Shown here: piece by piece, positions 54,401-64,000 of the stretch
How the letters are laid out: each line of letters opens with the position of its first letter
Position numbering within the stretch: the first letter of the stretch is position 1
Assembly: GCA_964057225.1 (NCBI GenBank)
Contig: OZ059900.1
Span: 7,812,001 to 7,876,000, forward strand
Length of the DNA stretch: 64,000 nt
Reading direction: 5' to 3'
Source of the DNA: Auanema rhodensis
Taxonomy: Eukaryota > Animalia > Nematoda
The notes under the pieces: model-generated
What the model was told of the DNA's origin: nothing
The model's database searches: none
Seen by the model: only the letters and a program-made list of their open reading frames with translations
Program-made: the position numbers and the translations under genes

Positions 54401-57400
54401 AAACTTTTGATCTTAAGTATATTTTTTTCTTCTAAAACGACTAAATGTATGAAATACTGTCAAAGAATGTTCATATAGGTGTATTTTGCACGAATATCAA
54501 AACTGATTGAAATATGGGCCTTTTTATGCTCAAAACGCCATATATTCAACGATTTTGGGTACAAAACATGTGAAAACTGTATGTTTTGATCAGACCCTTT
54601 GAGATATGGATTTAAAATTCAGGATTCATAAAATTCGACTATTTTTACATATATATGTCCAATTTTAACCACTTTGGTCAAAAAGGACCGAAAATATCAA
54701 GAATTATTGGTTTTTTGGGGTTTGAAGGGCATTTTGGCAAAATCAGTCAAACTTTTGATCTTAAGCATATTTTTTTCTTCTAAAACGACTAAATGTATGA
54801 AATACTGTCATAGAGTGTTCATATAGGTGTATTTTGCACGAATATCAAAACTGATTGAAATATGGGCCTTTTTATGCTCAAAACGCCATATATTCAACGA
54901 TTTTGGGTACAAAACATGTGAAAACTGTATGTTTTGATCAGACCCTTTGAGATATGGATTTGAAATTCAGGATTCATAAACTTCGACTATTTCTACATAT
55001 ATATGTTCAATTTTAACCACTTTGGTCAAAAAGGACCGAAAATATCAAGAATTATTGGTTTTTTGGGGTTTGAAGGGCATTTTGGCAAAATCAGTCAAAC
55101 TTTTGATCTTAAGCATATTTTTTTCTTCTAAAACGACTAAATGTATGAAATACTGTCATAGAATGTTCATATAGGTGTATTTTGCACGAATATCAAAACT
55201 GATTGAAATATGGGCCTTTTTATGCTCAAAACGCCATATATTCAACGATTTTGGGTACAAAACATGTGAAAACTGTATGTTTTGATCAGACCCTTTGAGA
55301 TATGGATTTGAAATTCAGGATTCATAAACTTTGACTATTTTTACATATATATGTCCAATTTTAACCACTTTGGTCAAAAAGGACCGAAAATATCAAGAAT
55401 TATTGGTTTTTTGGGGTTTGAAGGGCATTTTGGCTAAATCAGTCAAACTTTTGATCTTAAGTATATTTTTTTCTTCTAAAACGACTAAATGTATGAAATA
55501 CTGTCAAAGAATGTTCATATAGGTGTATTTTGCACGAATATCAAAACTGATTGAAATATGGGCCTTTTTATGCTCAAAACGCCATATATTCAACGATTTT
55601 GGGTACAAAACATGTGAAAACTGTATGTTTTGATCAGACCCTTTGAGATATGGATTTAAAATTCAGGATTCATAAAATTCGACTATTTTTACATATATAT
55701 GTCCAATTTTAACCACTTTGGTCAAAAAGGACCGAAAATATCAAGAATTATTGGTTTTTTGGGGTTTGAAGGGCATTTTGGCAAAATCAGTCAAACTTTT
55801 GATCTTAAGCATATTTTTTTCTTCTAAAACGACTAAATGTATGAAATACTGTCATAGAGTGTTCATATAGGTGTATTTTGCACGAATATCAAAACTGATT
55901 GAAATATGGGCCTTTTTATGCTCAAAACGCCATATATTCAACGATTTTGGGTACAAAACATGTGAAAACTGTATGTTTTGATCAGACCCTTTGAGATATG
56001 GATTTGAAATTCAGGATTCATAAACTTCGACTATTTCTACATATATATGTTCAATTTTAACCACTTTGGTCAAAAAGGACCGAAAATATCAAGAATTATT
56101 GGTTTTTTGGGGTTTGAAGGGCATTTTGGCAAAATCAGTCAAACTTTTGATCTTAAGCATATTTTTTTCTTCTAAAACGACTAAATGTATGAAATACTGT
56201 CAAAGAATGTTCATATAGGTGTATTTTGCACGAATATCAAAACTGATTGAAATATGGGCCTTTTTATGCTCAAAACGCCATATATTCAACGATTTTGGTT
56301 ACAAAACATGTGAAAACTGTATGTTTTGATCAGACCCTTTGAGATATGGATTTGAAATTCAGGATTCATAAACTTCGACTATTTCTACATATATATGTCC
56401 AATTTTAACCACTTTGGTCAAAAAGGACCGAAAATATCAAGAATTATTGGTTTTTTGGGGTTTGAAGGGCATTTTGGCAAAATCAGTCAAACTTTTGATC
56501 TTAAGCATATTTTTTTCTTCTAAAACGACTAAATGTATGAAATACTGTCATAGAATGTTCATATAGGTGTATTTTGCACGAATATCAAAACTGATTGAAA
56601 TATGGGCCTTTTTATGCTCAAAACGCCATATATTCAACGATTTTGGGTACAAAACATGTGAAAACTGTATGTTTTGATCAGACCCTTTGAGATATGGATT
56701 TGAAATTCAGGATTCATAAACTTCGACTATTTCTACATATATATGTCCAATTTTAACCACTTTGGTCAAAAAGGACCGAAAATATCAAGAATTATTGGTT
56801 TTTTGGGGTTTGAAGGGCATTTTGGCTAAATCAGTCAAACTTTTGATCTTAAGCATATTTTTTTCTTCTAAAACGACTAAATGTATGAAATACTGTCAAA
56901 GAATGTTCATATAGGTGTATTTTGCACGAATATCAAAACTGATTGAAATATGGGCCTTTTTATGCTCAAAACGCCATATATTCAACGATTTTGGGTACAA
57001 AACATGTGAAAACTGTATGTTTTGATCAGACCCTTTGAGATATGGATTTGAAATTCAGGATTCATAAACTTCGACTATTTCTACATATATATGTTCAATT
57101 TTAACCACTTTGGTCAAAAAGGACCGAAAATATCAAGAATTATTGGTTTTTTGGGGTTTGAAGGGCATTTTGGCAAAATCAGTCAAACTTTTGATCTTAA
57201 GCATATTTTTTTCTTCTAAAACGACTAAATGTATGAAATACTGTCATAGAATGTTCATATAGGTGTATTTTGCACGAATATCAAAACTGATTGAAATATG
57301 GGCCTTTTTATGCTCAAAACGCCATATATTCAACGATTTTGGGTACAAAACATGTGAAAACTGTATGTTTTGATCAGACCCTTTGAGATATGGATTTGAA

Positions 57401-60400
57401 ATTCAGGATTCATAAACTTTGACTATTTTTACATATATATGTCCAATTTTAACCACTTTGGTCAAAAAGGACCGAAAATATCAAGAATTATTGGTTTTTT
57501 GGGGTTTGAAGGGCATTTTGGCTAAATCAGTCAAACTTTTGATCTTAAGCATATTTTTTTCTTCTAAAACGACTAAATGTATGAAATACTGTCAAAGAAT
57601 GTTCATATAGGTGTATTTTGCACGAATATCAAAACTGATTGAAATATGGGCCTTTTTATGCTCAAAACGCCATATATTCAACGATTTTGGGTACAAAACA
57701 TGTGAAAACTGTATGTTTTGATCAGACCCTTTGAGATATGGATTTAAAATTCAGGATTCATAAAATTCGACTATTTTTACATATATATGTCCAATTTTAA
57801 CCACTTTGGTCAAAAAGGACCGAAAATATCAAGAATTATTGGTTTTTTGGGGTTTGAAGGACATTTTGGCTAAATCAGTCAAACTTTTGATCTTAAGCAT
57901 ATTTTCTTCTTCTAAAACGACTAAATGTATGAAATACTGTCATAGAATGTTCATATAGGTGTATTTTGCACGAATATCAAAACTGATTGAAATATGGGCC
58001 TTTTTATGCTCAAAACGCCATATATTCAACGATTTTGGGTACAAAACATGTGAAAACTGTATGTTTTGATCAGACCCTTTGAGATATGGATTTGAAATTC
58101 AGGATTCATAAACTTTGACTATTTTTACATATATATGTCCAATTTTAACCACTTTGGTCAAAAAGGACCGAAAATATCAAGAATTATTGGTTTTTTGGGG
58201 TTTGAAGGGCATTTTGGCTAAATCAGTCAAACTTTTGATCTTAAGTATATTTTTTTCTTCTAAAACGACTAAATGTATGAAATACTGTCAAAGAATGTTC
58301 ATATAGGTGTATTTTGCACGAATATCAAAACTGATTGAAATATGGGCCTTTTTATGCTCAAAACGCCATATATTCAACGATTTTGGGTACAAAACATGTG
58401 AAAACTGTATGTTTTGATCAGACCCTTTGAGATATGGATTTAAAATTCAGGATTCATAAAATTCGACTATTTTTACATATATATGTCCAATTTTAACCAC
58501 TTTGGTCAAAAAGGACCGAAAATATCAAGAATTATTGGTTTTTTGGGGTTTGAAGGGCATTTTGGCAAAATCAGTCAAACTTTTGATCTTAAGCATATTT
58601 TTTTCTTCTAAAACGACTAAATGTATGAAATACTGTCATAGAGTGTTCATATAGGTGTATTTTGCACGAATATCAAAACTGATTGAAATATGGGCCTTTT
58701 TATGCTCAAAACGCCATATATTCAACGATTTTGGGTACAAAACATGTGAAAACTGTATGTTTTGATCAGACCCTTTGAGATATGGATTTGAAATTCAGGA
58801 TTCATAAACTTCGACTATTTCTACATATATATGTTCAATTTTAACCACTTTGGTCAAAAAGGACCGAAAATATCAAGAATTATTGGTTTTTTGGGGTTTG
58901 AAGGGCATTTTGGCAAAATCAGTCAAACTTTTGATCTTAAGCATATTTTTTTCTTCTAAAACGACTAAATGTATGAAATACTGTCAAAGAATGTTCATAT
59001 AGGTGTATTTTGCACGAATATCAAAACTGATTGAAATATGGGCCTTTTTATGCTCAAAACGCCATATATTCAACGATTTTGGTTACAAAACATGTGAAAA
59101 CTGTATGTTTTGATCAGACCCTTTGAGATATGGATTTGAAATTCAGGATTCATAAACTTCGACTATTTCTACATATATATGTCCAATTTTAACCACTTTG
59201 GTCAAAAAGGACCGAAAATATCAAGAATTATTGGTTTTTTGGGGTTTGAAGGGCATTTTGGCAAAATCAGTCAAACTTTTGATCTTAAGCATATTTTTTT
59301 CTTCTAAAACGACTAAATGTATGAAATACTGTCATAGAATGTTCATATAGGTGTATTTTGCACGAATATCAAAACTGATTGAAATATGGGCCTTTTTATG
59401 CTCAAAACGCCATATATTCAACGATTTTGGGTACAAAACATGTGAAAACTGTATGTTTTGATCAGACCCTTTGAGATATGGATTTGAAATTCAGGATTCA
59501 TAAACTTCGACTATTTCTACATATATATGTCCAATTTTAACCACTTTGGTCAAAAAGGACCGAAAATATCAAGAATTATTGGTTTTTTGGGGTTTGAAGG
59601 GCATTTTGGCTAAATCAGTCAAACTTTTGATCTTAAGCATATTTTTTTCTTCTAAAACGACTAAATGTATGAAATACTGTCAAAGAATGTTCATATAGGT
59701 GTATTTTGCACGAATATCAAAACTGATTGAAATATGGGCCTTTTTATGCTCAAAACGCCATATATTCAACGATTTTGGGTACAAAACATGTGAAAACTGT
59801 ATGTTTTGATCAGACCCTTTGAGATATGGATTTGAAATTCAGGATTCATAAACTTCGACTATTTCTACATATATATGTTCAATTTTAACCACTTTGGTCA
59901 AAAAGGACCGAAAATATCAAGAATTATTGGTTTTTTGGGGTTTGAAGGGCATTTTGGCAAAATCAGTCAAACTTTTGATCTTAAGCATATTTTTTTCTTC
60001 TAAAACGACTAAATGTATGAAATACTGTCATAGAATGTTCATATAGGTGTATTTTGCACGAATATCAAAACTGATTGAAATATGGGCCTTTTTATGCTCA
60101 AAACGCCATATATTCAACGATTTTGGGTACAAAACATGTGAAAACTGTATGTTTTGATCAGACCCTTTGAGATATGGATTTGAAATTCAGGATTCATAAA
60201 CTTTGACTATTTTTACATATATATGTCCAATTTTAACCACTTTGGTCAAAAAGGACCGAAAATATCAAGAATTATTGGTTTTTTGGGGTTTGAAGGGCAT
60301 TTTGGCTAAATCAGTCAAACTTTTGATCTTAAGCATATTTTTTTCTTCTAAAACGACTAAATGTATGAAATACTGTCAAAGAATGTTCATATAGGTGTAT

Positions 60401-63400
60401 TTTGCACGAATATCAAAACTGATTGAAATATGGGCCTTTTTATGCTCAAAACGCCATATATTCAACGATTTTGGGTACAAAACATGTGAAAACTGTATGT
60501 TTTGATCAGACCCTTTGAGATATGGATTTAAAATTCAGGATTCATAAAATTCGACTATTTTTACATATATATGTCCAATTCTAACCACTTTGGTCAAAAA
60601 GGACCGAAAATATCAAGAATTATTGGTTTTTTGGGGTTTGAAGGGCATTTTGGCAAAATCAGTCAAACTTTTGATCTTAAGCATATTTTTTTCTTCTAAA
60701 ACGACTAAATGTATGAAATACTGTCATAGAGTGTTCATATAGGTGTATTTTGCACGAATATCAAAACTGATTGAAATATGGGCCTTTTTATGCTCAAAAC
60801 GCCATATATTCAACGATTTTGGGTACAAAACATGTGAAAACTGTATGTTTTGATCAGACCCTTTGAGATATGGATTTGAAATTCAGGATTCATAAACTTT
60901 GACTATTTTTACATATATATGTTCAATTTTAACCACTTTGGTCAAAAAGGACCGAAAATATCAAGAATTATTGGTTTTTTGGGGTTTGAAGGGCATTTTG
61001 GCAAAATCAGTCAAACTTTTGATCTTAAGCATATTTTTTTCTTCTAAAACGACTAAATGTATGAAATACTGTCATAGAATGTTCATATAGGTGTATTTTG
61101 CACGAATATCAAAACTGATTGAAATATGGGCCTTTTTATGCTCAAAACGCCATATATTCAACGATTTTGGGTACAAAACATGTGAAAACTGTATGTTTTG
61201 ATCAGACCCTTTGAGATATGGATTTGAAATTCAGGATTCATAAACTTTGACTATTTTCACATATATATGTCCAATTTTAACCACTTTGGTCAAAAAGGAC
61301 CGAAAATATCAAGAATTATTGGTTTTTTGTGGTTTGAAGGGCATTTTGGCAAAATCAGTCAAACTTTTGATCTTAAGCATATTTTTTTCTTCTAAAACGA
61401 CTAAATGTATGAAATACTGTCATAGAATGTTCATATAGGTGTATTTTGCACGAATATCAAAACTGATTGAAATATGGGCCTTTTTATGCTCAAAACGCCA
61501 TATATTCAACGATTTTGGGTACAAAACATGTGAAAACTGTATGTTTTGATCAGACCCTTTGAGATATGGATTTGAAATTCAGGATTCATAAACTTCGACT
61601 ATTTCTACATATATATGTTCAATTTTAACCACTTTGGTCAAAAAGGACCGAAAATATCAAGAATTATTGGTTTTTTGGGGTTTGAAGGGCATTTTGGCAA
61701 AATCAGTCAAACTTTTGATCTTAAGCATATTTTTTTCTTCTAAAACGACTAAATGTATGAAATACTGTCATAGAATGTTCATATAGGTGTATTTTGCACG
61801 AATATCAAAACTGATTGAAATATGGGCCTTTTTATGCTCAAAACGCCATATATTCAACGATTTTGGGTACAAAACATGTGAAAACTGTATGTTTTGATCA
61901 GACTCTTTGAGATATGGATTTGAAATTCAGGATTCATAAACTTTGACTATTTTTACATATATATGTCCAATTTTAACCACTTTGGTCAAAAAGGACCGAA
62001 AATATCAAGAATTATTGGTTTTTTGGGGTTTGAAGGGCATTTTGGCTAAATCAGTCAAACTTTTGATCTTAAGCATATTTTTTCCTTCTAAAACGACTAA
62101 ATGTATGAAATACTGTCAAAGAATGTTCATATAGGTGTATTTCGCACGAATATCAAAACTGATTGAAATATGGGCCTTTTTATGCTCAAAACGCCATATA
62201 TTCAACGATTTTGGGTACAAAACATGTGAAAACTGTATGTTTTGATCAGACCCTTTGAGATATGGATTTAAAATTCAGGATTCATAAAATTCGACTATTT
62301 TTACATATATATGTCCAATTTTAACCACTTTGGTCAAAAAGGACCGAAAATATCAAGAATTATTGGTTTTTTGGGGTTTGAAGGGCATTTTGGCAAAATC
62401 AGTCAAACTTTTGATCTTGAGCATATTTTTTTCTTCTAAAACGACTAAATGTATGAAATACTGTCATAGAATGTTCATATAGGTGTATTTTGCACGAATA
62501 TCAAAACTGATTGAAATATGGGCCTTTTTATGCTCAAAACGCCATATATTCAACGATTTTGGGTACAAAACATGTGAAAACTGTATGTTTTGATCAGACC
62601 CTTTGAGATATGGATTTGAAATTCAGGATTCATAAACTTTGACTATTTTTACATATATATGTTCAATTTTAACCACTTTGGTCAAAAAGGACCGAAAATA
62701 TCAAGAATTATTGGTTTTTTGGGGTTTGAAGGGCATTTTGGCAAAATCAGTCAAACTTTTGATCTTAAGCATATTTTTTTCTTCTAAAACGACTAAATGT
62801 ATGAAATACTGTCATAGAATGTTCATATAGGTGTATTTTGCACGAATATCAAAACTGATTGAAATATGGGCCTTTTTATGCTCAAAACGCCATATATTCA
62901 ACGATTTTGGGTACAAAACATGTGAAAACTGTATGTTTTGATCAGACCCTTTGAGATATGGATTTGAAATTCAGGATTCATAAACTTCGACTATTTCTAC
63001 ATATATATGTCCAATTTTAACCACTTTGGTCAAAAAGGACCGAAAATATCAAAAATTATTGGTTTTTTGGGGTTTGAAGGGCATTTTGGCAAAATCAGTC
63101 AAACTTTTGATCTTAAGCATATTTTTTTCTTCTAAAACGACTAAATGTATGAAATACTGTCAAAGAATGTTCATATAGGTGTATTTTGCACGAATATCAA
63201 AACTGATTGAAATATGGGCCTTTTTATGCTCAAAACGCCATATATTCAACGATTTTGGGTACAAAACATGTGAAAACGGTATGTTTTGATCAGACCCTTT
63301 GAGATATGGATTTGAAATTCAGGATTCATAAACTTTGACTATTTTCACATATATATGTCCAATTTTAACCACTTTGGTCAAAAAGGACCGAAAATATCAA

Positions 63401-64000
63401 GAATTATTGGTTTTTTGGGGTTTGAAGGGCATTTTGGCAAAATCAGTCAAACTTTTGATCTTAAGCATATTTTTTTCTTCTAAAACGACTAAATGTATGA
63501 AATACTGTCATAGAATGTTCATATAGGTGTATTTTGCACGAATATCAAAACTGATTGAAATATGGGCCTTTTTATGCTCAAAACGCCATATATTCAACGA
63601 TTTTGGGTACAAAACATGTGAAAACTGTATGTTTTGATCAGACCCTTTGAGATATGGATTTGAAATTCAGGATTCATAAACTTCGACTATTTCTACATAT
63701 ATATGTCCAATTTTAACCACTTTGGTCAAAAAGGACCGAAAATATCAAGAATTATTGGTTTTTTGGGGTTTGAAGGGCATTTTGGCAAAATCAGTCAAAC
63801 TTTTGATCTTAAGCATATTTTTTTCTTCTAAAACGACTAAATGTATGAAATACTGTCAAAGAATGTTCATATAGGTGTATTTTGCACGAATATCAAAACT
63901 GATTGAAATATGGGCCTTTTTATGCTCAAAACGCCATATATTCAACGATTTTGGGTACAAAACATGTGAAAACTGTATGTTTTGATCAGACCCTTTGAGA
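42490..64000. repeat. Right-hand sub-array: length-invariant 348-bp monomers with a reduced variant set
   Basis: No net indels from 43499 to 63335 (57 x 348). Alleles 84T, 47A, 235G, 276A and the 347-bp T-tract variant were not seen here by eye. Confidence 0.8.
54900..60750. repeat. 8-monomer (2784 bp) tandem duplication, preceded by 3- and 4-monomer duplications
   Basis: Offset 2784 for ttttggttac (56299/59083), taagtat (55462/58246) and atagagtg (55859/58643). Offset 1044 for taagtat (54418/55462) and atagagtg (54815/55859). Offset 1392 for atagagtg (53423/54815). Confidence 0.8.

Larger units (their letters stand above)
1..64000. repeat. Tandem satellite DNA array, 348-bp monomer, ~184 copies, ~30% GC, running off both window ends
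   Basis: Sequence 1-348 (tgtatgaaatactgtc...aaaacgactaaa) recurs head-to-tail throughout. ORF-track starts are spaced at multiples of 348 (190, 538, 886...; 43499 to 63335 = exactly 57 x 348). No unique sequence is interspersed and I saw no inverted monomer. Confidence 0.99.

Noticed and set aside
190-63526. About 100 copies of a 63-aa ORF (MTIFTYICPILTT...) as a tandem gene family
   Set aside because: It starts at TTG, which exists only when monomer position 191 is T. Many monomers lack it or carry frameshifts or stops (e.g. TAG near 5285, TGA near 36609, the 347-bp variants). It has no recognisable domain, and common variants are often non-synonymous. It is a chance open frame repeated because 348 is divisible by 3.
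1-64000. CRISPR array or other repeat-spacer/cassette system
   Set aside because: There are no unique spacers or cassettes; the entire 348-bp unit is repeated, and no cas, integrase or recombinase gene is present.
1-64000. Whole array as a sequencing concatemer or assembly artefact
   Set aside because: Monomers carry structured, linked, position-dependent variants and nested duplications, which repeated reading of one template would not produce. Exact copy numbers could still be mis-assembled.

Overview
The whole 64 kb window is one head-to-tail tandem array of an AT-rich 348-bp satellite monomer. GC is about 30% (106 G+C counted in monomer 1-348), there are about 184 copies, all in one orientation, and they usually differ by only a few substitutions. 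This is typical of eukaryotic (peri)centromeric or heterochromatic satellite DNA. I do not recognise the family or the host. I find no credible gene, RNA gene, transposon or CRISPR array: the roughly 100 repeated 63-aa 'ORFs' are a by-product of the repeat. I therefore cannot support a new gene-encoded system here. The information lies in the variant structure. (i) A 173-bp deletion at 4734 is filled by an 8-nt inverted, locally templated insertion. (ii) Indels recur at a 12-bp AT palindrome. (iii) Nested higher-order duplications of 1, 3, 4, 6, 8, 12 and 22 monomers can be traced by private SNVs. (iv) Variant composition switches sharply near 41.6-42.7 kb. (v) The monomer shows traces of being a diverged dimer of about 174 bp, with helically phased A/T tracts.
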